A DNA stretch of 64,000 nucleotides, taken from Chiloscyllium plagiosum. Its lineage: Eukaryota. The position numbers and the translations under genes were made by a program. The DNA lies in NCBI RefSeq assembly GCF_004010195.1, contig NC_057718.1, forward strand, positions 104,762,697-104,826,696. Reading direction: 5' to 3'. The notes beneath the pieces are model-generated. The model ran no database searches and was not told the DNA's origin. It saw only the letters and a program-made list of their open reading frames with translations. This document shows positions 36,386 through 49,160 of this stretch, in pieces. Each line of letters starts with the position of its first letter. Within the stretch, counting starts at the first letter, position 1.

Positions 36386-38029
36386 TTGTGAATGTATGCG
36401 TCTGCCTGTCTGTTTTGTTCTGGGTTTTTCCATAAATCCATTAGGCTCCGGGGAAAATTTGTGAGGGAGCCTCTGAGGGGACCTGGTCACCCTTGTTTAT
36501 GCAGAGTGGGCAGGCAGGAGGCTTACACATTCCTACCTCGGATGCCTATCCGTGTGAATGTTTGGAATACAGACTCTGAATTAACTGGCCTCCTGAGAGG
36601 TTCAGGATTCCATTTTCTTTATCACTTTATTAAATAGACTTTTCTCAAACTGTTATTTTCTCTTCACTACATCCTGATTTTAGCCCCTTGAGCATTTCAG
36701 ATTCTGATTGCTACCGCACTGCTGGCTCTCTGGGCTATAAACTCTGGAATTCCCTCACGAAACCACTCTTACTTTTGTCTATAATCTCTGTCTCCCCCTC
36801 CTGTAAAGAGGCTTCTTAAAATTTGCCTTTTAGAATATTTTGATTATCAATTCTAACATCTCGTGCAGCTAAGTGTCATGTAAAGCATGTTGAGGTGTTT
36901 TGTCATTTCCAAGGTGCTGTGTAAATGCACGTCACTATTGGCAGCTGCCTGGGTGAAACATTTAGTCCGACTGAGATTCGTGGTTATAGGGACATGTATA
37001 ATCTCTCTGAACAATATGTTGATTGTCCTGCTGACCACAACAACTAAGAATGGAGACCAGAACTGACCCATTGAAGATTCAGTTCTTTGTCTATGACTGC
37101 TGGAGACTTTGTTTTAGAAGTTTTGTTTTTACTTAGTTTGATCTGTGTGAGTAGATTCCAAAGTATTAAAAATGTTGCTTTGTGAATAAGACCATAAGGT
37201 GTCGGAGTAGAGGTGGACTATTTGGCTCTTCAAGTCTGCTCTGCCAATCGATGAGATCAGGGCTGATCTGATAATCCTCAACTCCACTTGCCTGCCTTCT
37301 CCCCATACCCCTTGATTCCCTCCCTAATCAAAAATCTGTGTCTCAGCCCTGAATATACTTAATGACCCAGCTCTCTACATAAAGAATTGCACAGAATCAC
37401 TCTGCTCCGAGTGAAGAAATTCCTCTTCGTCTCTGACAAGGATCAGTTGGCTGCCCTCAATCCATACTTTGTCGCTCACTTTGAAATGCTTCTTATTTAG
37501 AACAGGATTGTAACTTGGTGGTGAAAATTTCCATAGTGGAAAAAATTGAACTTTTTAATCTTATGTAAATTAGATCCAATTAATACAATTTGCACCTTTT
37601 TTGCCTTTGAAGTAAGGGCTAACCTTGTTCTTCAAAACTGAATCAATTTGTAACATATTTAAAATGACATTCCAAAACATTTCAAATTGGATGTTGTAGA
37701 AAATGTAATGAAATACAATTTTTCTACATTGAGCACATGAGGCCCTGCCTCCACCCAATTGTAATTCTTCTGAAGGTTACTGTACACAATCCATGACAAG
37801 CCTTTATAGCCCTTGGAGTTACCCGATCCTCAGTCCCATAGCACTTCAGCAGCAGCTATCCCAAGTTTCAGTGTGTCCTTCCGCACATTTTCCTGGAACT
37901 TGGAATGTGCCAGTCTGCACCGTTTGGTCAAGACCAACTTCATGAACTGGAAGACCAACACATTTCAAAGACCAATGATCCCCGCCGAGTTAGTGGTCTT
38001 CCCGGTGCAGTCAATGTTTACTTCAGTGT

Positions 38030-38329
38030 GCATCCCGGGAAACAGACCAGAAACAGAGCCTTGTACCAGGGAGTTCCTTGGGATGACCCCGTGGCCCAAC
38101 ATTTCAACTCCCCCTCCCACTCTGCCGAGGACATGGAGGTCCCTCCCCCACTCACCTATTGTACTCTATGCTACTTTCTCCCCACTCCCACCCTCCTCTA
38201 GCTTAACTCTCCACGCTTCAGGCTTTCTGCCTTTTTTCCAGATGAAGGGCTTTTGCCCGAAACGTCGATTTTGCTGCTCCTTGGATGCTGCCTGAACTGC
38301 TGTGCTCTTCCAGCACCACTAACCCAGAA
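38030..38329 (+). mobile_element. Penelope-like 3' fragment, family A
   Basis: PVAQHFNSPSHSAEDMEV (endonuclease C-terminal region) followed by the terminus with CAGATGA...GAAACGTC. Confidence 0.8.
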
Positions 38330-41300
38330 CCTTGACAAAAACTGCTGCATCTCTCTCCCCTCTCACTGCAAAGGCACGTTCCATAAGGAGATGGACAACA
38401 TTCTCTTCCCCACCATAGTCCCCTCCAGTACAGCAATGTAGAATGGGTCCTTTCACTTCTTTGTGCACTTTATAATCACTGACAAATTTTATTGGTATCT
38501 ATTCAATATCCAAAAGTTTTGAGGAGGCATTCTGACCTATGCTGTAAAATACCCCAACTCATTATTTCCATAATAGGAAACATGCTCCTGATTTAAAAAT
38601 TGGACAGAGAAGCATTTGTCAAGTCAGGCTGGCAAAAATGTCCGTCAATAAACTGCATCCACCCTCCACAATCAAAAGGTGTGGGTCCATTCCCACTTTC
38701 AAACTGAATATGTAAATCCAAGTTTTCACTTGCTGCAGGACTGGGCAGTGCTGCAATATGGAGGTAGATGTAAAAGGTCCTGAGCCCCGCAATGCGGTGA
38801 GATCTCCTGATGTCCAGAATTATCAACAGGTTATCTGGTTATTAAATTGTTTCCTTTTGTGTAAATTGGCTCCCACCTTTTGTCTCATTAGCCCGTAGTG
38901 ACTACCTCTGAACAGTAATTCAATCTTTGCAGAGAGCTCCCAGATCTCTCAAGGGCATGTTAGCATAATATGTAAACACAATCTCTCTATCTCTTGTTCG
39001 TTCTTTATTTCATTACAGCAATACAGAAGTGTACGCAATCAGACTGAGTAGGTAAAGGATGCCAGTCTGCTCTCTGGAATACAGCATTTGGTAGGTTGCA
39101 ATTTGGGAGTTATCAGAGGGTTATTACCTTTTTGCAATTCCCTTCTAGATCCCATTATATAGTGCTGGGGAGAGGGGAACGAGTAAGTCTCCACCCCCTC
39201 ATTTCTGTCAGTGGCAGTGATTGCTCACATGGGAGAGTCGGGGAAATGAAAGAGAATTATCAAACCTTTCATAATTAAATAATGTGAGAAGATGAGAGAT
39301 TAGGAGGAACTCCTTTATGCAGAGGATTAGTGGGAACGAATCTGTAAGGGGCTACTCAAGAAAATTTAATAAATATTTCAAATTAAGGCAGATGTAAGGT
39401 TTAAGGGGAGAGTGCATGTCACTGGGCTCATTTTTACATCTAGAACAATAGTTGAGACAGATGATGGTTGATGGCTGCTTTATGAACCTATTTCATACTT
39501 GGGTGACACTTAGTAAATATGTATTTACAGCCTTTAAGGGCTTGGTGGCTTAATGGGAGTATCTGTACCTTCGAATCAGGAGGCCTGGGTTCAAGTCCCA
39601 CCTGTTTTAAAGGTGTGGTAACTCTGAAGCGTTTGATGAGAAAATATCTCTCTTTCCAGCTTTTGGATTGCCTACTTTCCAGCAGTATAGTACATTTTAT
39701 AGGAACTCCGAGCCAATTTGTACACAGCAAGCTCTCACAGGTAGTATTGTGATAATGACCAGACCATCTGTTTTAGCCGAGGTATAGATCTCCAGTCAGA
39801 ATACTGGGAAGATCTTCCTCAAATAGAGATCTTCCCAAGAATATGAGTATGCAGATGGGGTCCCAGTTTAAGTCTCATCTGAAAGACAGCAGCATTGACA
39901 GTGCTGCACTGGAGAGACAGCCTGGATCAGTCTGCTCAAACCCTGGTGCAGGGCTTGACCCTAGAACCTTGTGGTTCAAAGGTGAGCACGCTACCGGGTG
40001 AGGCACACTGAGTCTTCTCCTCACATTAGTCCTGAAGTGATCCTAGAAGAGTGGTCACTCAGATATCAGTGTGTCTGAGCTCTGTGAGCAACTAACTATT
40101 AAACATGGTGTTAGTGACAGGGTCATATTAGAGTAAAACTGTGCAAGCAGGGCATGGAACTTACATTCATGAAAATATGATGAAACTATCTTCATAGAAG
40201 TCTGAGTACTGACCCCAGTTGAACAAAACATGCAAGTGGACTGAGTGGTAGAACGGTTTGATTTGCTGTATTCTTTCTTTGATGAATTATCTTGGGACTG
40301 TTTTTCATCTGTTGTTGCTCTGCCTCTTGTAGTAAGGGGTAGCAGGTGCAGAACTCAAAAAATGTAAACAGCTGAAGCAGTTAATGGCGACTCAAACCTG
40401 TAAAGAGCAAGTATCTTTCCAGGCAGTGTGGGAACTGAACCCATGCTCTCAGCATCACACTGCATTACAAGCCAGCTGCCCAGCCAACTGAGCTAACCGA
40501 TGCCCCACTGTAAAGTTTATTGACATCTGCTTCAACATCTGTCTCACTTTTGAAAATGAAACCAAACCAAGAAATCTCGCACATAGTCAGCTTCTGAATA
40601 TACTTTTTCTGATGTCGCAGTGTTGGTTCAGGTAAATGTCCACCAACTGTTTACTTGTTGTGATGTTTGCCTGCCCTCAGCTTCTTGCTTTGTAACTTTG
40701 GATATTTATTACCACTTCCCTCAAATTAGTTAATTATCGCTATTTGAAATGAAGGTCAAAGCGAGGAGGGTGTTTGGGAAGAAACTGACCAATTGTTCGA
40801 AATGATTCATTTCATTCTCAAACCTACAGATACACATGCACACACAGACTGGATACAAACCATGTCTGCCAGCTGAAAGTCTTCTTTGACAGTTGAGCTC
40901 ACTCTTTGGTCATGTTCCCTGAAGACAAAGTATCAATCACACGAGATGTGAGGGTGTGCCGAAAGACCTTAGTTTGTCATTTTAATTGCTATTTAATGAC
41001 AGCCTCTGATGTTATTGAGGTCTGAGGAGTAAATCTTTTTCTTTGCATATTGTTATTAACCCCTGTCATTTATGGTCATAGAATAGTTGATTGTACTTGT
41101 TAAAGTATTGTGTTCCCATTGATCACTGAGATGACAGTGGTGCATCCCAAGCCAGCTGGTGGCTAAACAACACACTGTCACTGAGGTAAATGTCTTTATT
41201 GTACAGCTGAGCCCCATTGACCAGTATCATTGTTTGACTCTGGTGGAGGATTTGTAGCATCTGTGGAGAGCACGAAGGTGTCTGCCTCACTTCTGTAGAC

Positions 41301-41433
41301 TGATGTTCATTCAGGTGGATCAGGAATGGGGTTCACCACCAGGCAAAACAAATTCTGATTTTAGATTCACTCTCTGTCTATATTTTTGTCCATCTGGATT
41401 TGAATATTTCTGAATGTGTGAAAGGAAAAGCAT

Positions 41434-41712
41434 AGGAGAAAGTGAGGACTGCAGATGCTGGAGATCAAAGCTGAAAATGTGTTGCTGGAAAAGCTCAGCA
41501 GGTCAGGCAGCGTCCAAGGAGCGGGAGAATTGACATTTCTGGCATGAGCCCTTCTTCAGGAATGAGGAAAGTGTGCCAAGCAGACTAAGATAAAAGGTAG
41601 GGCAGAAGATGAGGCGCTCTTCCTCCAGCCGTCGTGTTGCTATGGTCTGACGATGGAGGAGTCCAAGGACCTGCATGTCCTTGGTGGAGTGGGAGGGGGA
41701 GTTGAAGTGTTG
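41434..41712 (-). mobile_element. Penelope-like 3' fragment, family A
   Basis: QHFNSPSHSTKDMQVLGLLHRQTIATRRLEEERLIF plus the terminus. Confidence 0.85.
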
Positions 41713-41927
41713 AAGGAAAAACATAGCAAAGATAACTGTTACACCCTTTACAGATGGGGGTGGGGTAGGGATCAAGAGAATGGTATCAGAACCACAGAGA
41801 CACTTTGCATCTGTCGTCACAGAAGAAGATTCAGAAAATCTCCCAGATGTTCAAGGCAACCAAGGGATTTGTGAAATTGAACTAATGAAAATCAGATTTT
41901 ATAAAGAAATGATACTTGAATAATTAA

Positions 41928-42122
41928 AATTTGGAGATGCCGGTGTTGGACTGTGGTGTACAAAGTTAAAAATCACCCAACACCAGGTTATAGTCCAATA
42001 GGTTTAATTGGAAGCACTAGCTTTTGGAGTACCACTCTTTCATCTGAAGGAGCAGCGCTCCGAAAACTACTGCTTCCAATTAAACCTATTCGACTATAAC
42101 CTGGTGTTGTGTGATTTTTAAC
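41928..42122. mobile_element. Penelope-terminus inverted-pair mini-element, family B
   Basis: TSD TGARTAATTAA at 41917-41927 and 42123-42133. Confidence 0.8.
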
Positions 42123-42139
42123 TGAGTAATTAAGTGTAT

Positions 42140-43350
42140 TAAGGGTTGGAACATTTCCTGGACCAGATAACTCTCCATGATGGAGCGTTAAAGGAGGTAG
42201 GTGTGGAGACAGTGGATGTATTGATGATTATCCTTCGTCAATCTATAGATTCAAAAAAGGTGGTTGCTGCCTGGGAGGCACCGAATGTAAGCCCTTTTTT
42301 TGAAGAAGGGTGGAAACTAACTTTGTGGTTTGTCAGTAATTGGGAAGGTGTTTAGAATCTCTTATAAAGGACATTTAAAAAACAGTGGCAAAGTTGGGCA
42401 GTGACCATAGATTTATGCAAGAAATAGTGTTTGGCAAGTTTAGAGTCATGGTGTTCCCAACCCCTTCGAAACTTAAATAAAATTAGAATGCAGGGGGCTG
42501 AAAGATTATACTAATACGGATTAAGAATTCTTTAATAGAAAGCAGAGAGTAAGAATAAATGGACCATTCTCGAGTATCGCAAGGCTCAGTGTTCAAGGTT
42601 CAAGCTGTTCACAATCTGTATGAACGCTTTGGATGTGTAATATTTCCACATGTACTGATGATACTAGTGAGTGGGGACACATGTTGAGAAGGGTTCAAGG
42701 AAGTTTCAAGAACATTTAGGCTCAGTGAATGGGCTATAATATGGTCAATGGAATGTAATATGAATAAATATGAAGTTATTCACTTTGGTAGGAGAACAGG
42801 CAGAATGTTTCTTAGATGGTAAGAGATTGAGATGTATGGGAGCCCAAAGGGACCACCATGTTCTTGTCCATGAGTCACTAAAGGTGAGCATGCAGGTGCA
42901 GCAAGCAATTAGAAAGACAAACAGTAATTTGGCAGTGATTTCAGGGGGATTTAAGTACAGAAATTAAGATAGATAATGTGGTGCTGGAAAAGCACAACAG
43001 GTCAGGCAGCACCCGGGGAGCAGGAGAATCCATGTTTCAAGCATAAGTCCTTCATCAGGATTCAGGAATCGTCGATTCTCCTGCTCCTCGGATGCTACCT
43101 GACATGTTGTGCTTTTCCAGCACCACACACTTGACTCTGATCTCCAGCATCTGCAGTCCTTATTCTCTACACAGACATAAAGATGTCTTGTTGCAATAAC
43201 ATAGAATCTTGGTGAGGCTGCACCTGGAATATTGTGTGCAGTTTTCATCTCCATATCTAAAGAATATACTTACCATACAGGAAGTGTAACCAGTCCTCAC
43301 TAGTTAAGTCTCTGAGATGGTGGGGTTTTGTCTTTGAGGAGAGATTGAGG
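42140..43350 (+). mobile_element. Old CR1 remnant with a nested family A inverted pair (about 42975-43168)
   Basis: QRDHHVLVHESLKVSMQVQQAIRK and LEYCVQF-like blocks; diverged TSD ACAGAAATTAAGAT / ACAGACATAAAGAT. Confidence 0.75.
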
Positions 43351-44432
43351 AATGAAATCCTCAGCTGTTATAGGTTTCCTGTTTAAAAGAAAGATCAGTC
43401 CTTTAGTTCATCATCTGCACATAATGTTTGCTGTCGACCCCATTAATGTGAATATGATCTGTCTAAATTTGACTTGATCTTGAGATTCTCATCTTTATAT
43501 CTGGGTGTACTTTTTGTTAACAATTTACATGGCTTTGACTTGCCATGCTTTAAGGCTTTGGTTTAAGGTCCTACATAGTTTTCCATGGTGTATTAAAACA
43601 AGTCCAGAGGGAAAAATCATAATTTGAATACAAGCAGTTTCCACAGAAACTGTGAACAGGGCACACTATGTTTCACTGGAAATAGTTTTGAGTCTGTGTC
43701 TCAGGGGAGTGTTGGAAGAGCTGCCTCCCATTTCACAGAAACAGATTGTGTTTGAAGTGGGAGTTGCTTCAGTTTTCAGAATATGATCTAAACAGGGCTT
43801 TTTTGCCAGTCTATCTTTGGTGCTAAATTAAGAATGGATTGGTGAAATGGAAGAGAGATACAGTTTCTTCCATAATCTGTGAATAATCTGTCATTGAGCC
43901 CTGTACATGACCCAGTCCTCCATCTCCCAGACTCGGGGGTCACTCAGTCTTATTGAGTGGGGGAACACTGTTCTTGAAAAGGTGGTCAGTTTCTGTTAAA
44001 TAAACTCTGCAGAATAGGAGATAAGGGTGCAATACTGAAAATTACTTTCTGCATTAATGTTTAGTTTCGTATTTTGCAATAGCAACTTGACCTTTTATAG
44101 ATTTATAGAGATGTACAGCTTGGAAACAGACCCTTCATTCCAACTGGTCCATGATGATCAGATATCCTAAATCAATCTAGTCCCATTTGCCCTTTGGTGA
44201 GTGTCCCAGGAACAGTGTTTTAGATATCAGTCTGTTTCCTGGGACAGTTTGTTTACCATCCACACTGCTATTGTCTTCAATATCCAGCAGAATTTATTTC
44301 TCTCTGTGGGTGATGAGTGATTTGCCCAGTATAGTTGGAATCACTTTCTACTAAATTTTCCTCCGACATCCTGTTGTTTGTGGAAATGTGCGTTTTTAAT
44401 ATTGCAGGTTGCTGCATTCTGGGTTTAGGATT

Positions 44433-44620
44433 GGGGCCTGTGATGGGGGTTAGGGGCAGAGCCTGGGATAGGGGTTAGGGGCGGGGCCTGGAATGGGGGG
44501 TTAGGGCCGGGGGGGGCGGGGCCTGCGAGGGGGTTAGGGGTGGGGCCTGCGATGGGGGGTTAGGAGCGGGGCCTGCGATGGGGTTTAGGGACGGGGCATG
44601 TGTTAGGGTTTGGGTTGGGG
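44433..44620. repeat. G-rich minisatellite of about 25 bp (GGGGCCTGCGATGGGGGTTAGGGGC)
   Basis: About 6-7 degenerate units read directly. Confidence 0.85.
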
Positions 44621-45153
44621 AGGGTCATGTCCAAGTTGATGCACTTTTTTCAAATAACTCAGGATTTTGATTAGAACAATTATCTCAATTTGCAAAATAA
44701 AAACCTCTTTAACCAATTTGCAGTGAGATTTCAGAGCAAGAATGTGTTTTATTCAAAGTGAAACTGCTGTGGGGAACAGTGTTTCTGCCAATCAAGGACT
44801 GATATCCTGACACATGGACCCTGCTTCTGCCAAGCTGTAGGGAGGACTCGAGCCCCTTGGTGGAGGGAGGGGCAAACAGCTGGCTTGTACTAATGGAGAG
44901 TAATCCCAGTGTGAACAACGGGAGGGTAAACTGCAGTGATAAGGCCTGGCACTGGCATCATGAAAACAGAGAGTAGGATAAGATTGTTGAGAAAGTAGAA
45001 AGGAGGCACTTTGGGAAATGTAGCCAGTCTTCAGCTCCCGGCATGTCAGTCACCTGCTGTAGTTTAACATTACCCACCATTCACCTACATTGTGGATTGC
45101 ATATCCAAATATTGCAGAGTCTCGTCACACCTGAACCTGATGTACAAGGACAT

Positions 45154-45470
45154 GGGCGGCACGGTGGCACAGTGGTTAGCACTGCTGCCTCACAGCGCCA
45201 GAGACCCGGGTTCAATTCCCGCCTCAGGCGACTGACTGTGTGGAGTTTGCACGTTCTCCCCGTGTCTGTGTGGGCACCCTCCGGGTGCTCCGGTTTCCTC
45301 CCACAGTCCAAAGATGTGCAGGTCAGGTGAATTGGCCATGCTAAATTGCCCGTAGTGTTAGGTAAGGGGTAAATGTAGGGGTATGGGTGGGTTACGCTTC
45401 GGCGGGTCGGTGTGGACTTGTTGGGCCGAAGGGCCTGTTTCCACACTGTAATGTAATCTAATCTAATCTA
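45154..45470 (+). mobile_element. HE1-type SINE, full length and CpG-rich (probably young)
   Basis: A and B boxes, central core, CR1-derived tail and (TAATC)n end. Confidence 0.95.
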
Positions 45471-46189
45471 AAGACATCTCGATAAGAGTCTTCACTCGTG
45501 AATTGAAAGGGATATTTTGATGCTCATTTCAAATGCAGCAAAATCCAATTATCCAGACCACCTCAGCTGGTGTGTCAGAGTCCGGATGCTGCTGAAAGAG
45601 CCCATTTGCTTCTCTAAACTGCTCCACAGTTAGCTGAGGATAATCTGTGTCTGGATCCTGTGTAACCATTACTGTCTCTGCACCAAAATGCTTCACCAAG
45701 GTTCACACTGGGAATTCTTGTCTAGTCCAGCCTCTGCATCATCTTCATTCCAGACTTCCACTCTGAACCTTCATGTGACATCACCCAGAATGGTTTCACA
45801 GTAGTGTTACAAAAATTATATAATAGTATGACAACATGTCAGTTAAGGAGATTATGGGGTCAGATGACCTAAGGTTTGTTGCAGTTTAAGGATCATCTCA
45901 AAGGAGGAAGGTATGATGAAGAGATTGTGGGACGGAACAATTGCCCCATTGGGAATGGTCCTGAGGCCTGAATCAGGAGCCTGGAGATCTTGGAGGGTTT
46001 GGAGGCTGGAGGTGATTAGAGATGGGAAAGGGTGAGCCCATGGAGAAATCTCAGCACAAGGATGAGAATTTTCAAGTGCAGTCGTTGCTTGACCAGGACC
46101 CAGTCAGTGAATACAAGGGGTGAGAGGAGTAATGGGACTTGGCAACACACAGTCAGCAGAGCTTTTGATTAACTGAATAGTTGAGACAC

Positions 46190-47242
46190 AGGTAAGGGTT
46201 TCAATAAGGTGCACCATGTTAGGCTATTGGATAAGATCGGGAACATATTCAACGCATAGAGCATTGACTAACTCAAGAGACCAAGAATTGAGCTATGGGA
46301 GTTTTTCCAGGATGGCAGTCAGAGTGCCGCTGGGATCAGTGCTAAGGCCACAATTATTTACACTGCTTAATGACTTGGATAAGGAAAGGGAATGTAATCA
46401 AGTTTGGGAAAGCTTATGTTGAGGATGACACCAGATCTGCATAGGGATATAGACCGGTTAAAGTATGCAAAACCTGGCAGCTGGGAAATTGTGAGGTTCT
46501 CCATTTTGGCAGGAAGAATAGAGGAGTAGAATAGTATTGAAATGGGGAAAGCCCTGCAGAAAGCTGCAGGACTGATCGATCTGGGGGTCTTTGTGCATGG
46601 ATCTCAAAAAGCTAGCATCCAGTTTCAGTGGATAATAGGGAAGATAATGGAACGTTGGCCTTTATTTCAAATGGAATGGAATATAAAAATGGAGAAGTCT
46701 TGCTAAAATGATACACAGCAGTAGTTAGAACAGTTTTTGTCCCTTTATCTGAGAAAGATTTGCCATTGGACATAGTCCAGAGAAGGTTCACTTGGTTGAA
46801 CCTGGGTACCGAGGGACTGTCTTATGAGGAGAGATTGAGTAGATTGAGCCTGCACTTGGTGTTAGGAGAATGAGAGGAGACCTGATTGAAACGTACAAGA
46901 GTTTTCAGGGATTTAATACGATAGATGCAGTGAGGTTGTTTTCCCTTGTGGGAGAGTCTAGGACCAGAGGGCTCCATCTCAGTTTAGAGTTGTCCATTTC
47001 GAAGCTGAGGAGGATTCTCTTCTGAGAGTAGTGAATCTGTGGAATTCTTTACTACACAGGCTGTCCAGGCTGGGTCACCAAATAGATTCCAGGCTGAGCT
47101 AGACACATGTTTAATCAGGAAGGGAATCAAGGATTATGGGGAGAAGGCAGGCAAATGGAGTTGAGGATGATCAGATCAGCCCTGATCTCATTGATTACCG
47201 GAGTGGACTCGATGGGCTGAATGGCCTGCCTGTGCTCCTATA
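46190..47242 (+). mobile_element. Old CR1 3' fragment
   Basis: VPLGSVLRPQLFT, CAGAGAAGGTTCACT and the tail GATGGGCTGAATGGCCT. Confidence 0.8.
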
Positions 47243-48499
47243 GTAAGGTCTTCTAAATTGAGACAGAGTGAAGGTGAACAATGTTGCTCGGGTGAACAGT
47301 TGAAGAAATGTTACACCTTTTACACATTAGCAAATACAATCTGACACAGTTCATCTCAAAAACCAGTTTGTCTGAGTTCAGACCCTCACAACAAGGTTAA
47401 ATGAATTGATGATCCAGTGACTATAGTGTAAACTGTCCAGTGTAGATTAGCATTTAACTGCAATGTTTGAGTATGGTTATGTGCTAAAGGAAACTGCAAA
47501 TGGAAATTGAGCTTTGTTGAAAAAAAACTTTGAACAAAAGACTTGAACGGAGTTGCTGAATATAAGTTTTCAGTTTCTGGTTTTTATTATCCTCTGTGTA
47601 AACTGACCAAGGTAAAGTTTGTCATATTGCAGATCAATGACCTTTCAATGCAGTAACCTCTGTGACTCTCAGATAAAGCCACTTGCTGCTTTCTTTTTGG
47701 AAAGGCTTCCAATCGTTTTCAGTCATTTCCTTGAAGCTGCTTCTAACATAGAGCAGGGCAGCTGCAGCTATACTGAGGGGGCAGCTGAGTTTATAGTTCA
47801 GGCTATCACCAACTGGGGTGTTACCCCCAGTGGGAAGGAGATGGGCAGAAAGTTGGGGGGGGGGGGGGGTCAGTCTTTGACTGTCCTGGTTGATGGTTTT
47901 GATGGGCTACCAGCAGTAGATTAGGGTAGTTCCAGCATATCATAAGGTGATTGGAGGAAAGTTTAGGGGAGATGTCAGAGGCTGGTTCTTTACACAGAGT
48001 GGTGGGTGTACGGAATGCACTGCCAGCTGTGGTAGTAGAGTCAGAGACATTGGGGACATTTAAGGGACAATTAGGGACAATTCACTCAAGTCCTTTAGTG
48101 ATGGAAATCTGTCATCCCTACCCGGTCTGACCTATGTGTGACTCCAGACCCACAGCAACATGGTTGACTCTCAGCTATTCTTGAAATGGCCAAGCAAGCC
48201 TCTCAGTTCAGAGGGCAGTTAGCAATGACCTCGCTAGAGATGCCAAAAATCTCATGAAAGAACAAAATAAAATTCTCCCTGAATTCGCAATGGGTTGTTT
48301 GGGGACTGCCTTGTGTTGATGGCTGTTTGTGTCCAAATGGAAACACTTTCCTTACAACTTCCCTCCCAGTCTCGATGGGGTCTGGAGGATGAGTAATTCC
48401 TCCTGGGATCAACACAGAGGAGTGGTTTGCTCACATCAGGACCAGGCTGGATTGGGTTTTATTTATACACTCGAGAGGCACGGGGTTGGGGGGGGGGCA

Positions 48500-49160
48500 G
48501 TGTGCTGCATCTCCCAGGGGGCGTCCATGACCCAGGAGCCAGTGTGGCTGGGCTTTTTAATGTCATGAACGCAGGCTGCAGACTGACTCCTCCTCCCCAG
48601 AGCAGCGTGGCTCAGCGCCCAGTCATTCCGCTGTGAGAGGGGTGTGGGAGGGGTGTGGGGTGTGTGTGAGTGTGAATAAGCATAAAAATATGCAGGGCGG
48701 GGTGGCTCTGAGCTCACTCTCTCATCCTGAGTCAGTCAGTCACTGAAGGACTAGGTCAGAGAGGGAGGGAGTCAGACTGAGGGAGGGACTGGGTCAGGGA
48801 GGGAGGGAGGGAGGGAGTGGGTGACTGTGTCCAGGAAGGGAGGGAGGTTGCAGCGTGCTCTGGGGGACACTGTACAGTAAGGTCAGTGTGATCACTGGGT
48901 TGGTGCGACTGGAAGCAGCAGTGGGGTTAGATCCAGGAGCTGCCGAATTTCCACCCAGCCCAGTGTGCTCACTCCGTTCCCTTCCCTCCCATCGCTGCAG
49001 CTCCAGCCGGGTGGATGGTGCCGGGGAATTCTGGCGGAAATGCGGGTGGCTGTGTTGACACATTTTAAAAGAACAATTGGAGCTCTCAGTTTAGAACAGC
49101 TCCAGGAAGCTGTCTGCAAAACTTTACAACCAAACCTGGTCAGTCGGTCAGGTAGCTGGT
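48500..49160 (+). promoter_or_regulatory. GC-rich unique island; candidate promoter, enhancer or upstream exon
   Basis: CATAAAAA (48681), GGGCGGGG, TGAGTCA (48728), GGGA repeats, more CpG than the flanks, and clustered GT donors at 49139, 49147 and 49152. Confidence 0.35.

Noticed and set aside
44433..44620. Interstitial telomere
   Set aside because: TTAGGG occurs about once per 25-bp unit, not as a tandem hexamer array.
45154..45225. tRNA gene
   Set aside because: The A and B boxes belong to a SINE head that continues into the SINE core and LINE-derived tail; the same applies to the other copies.
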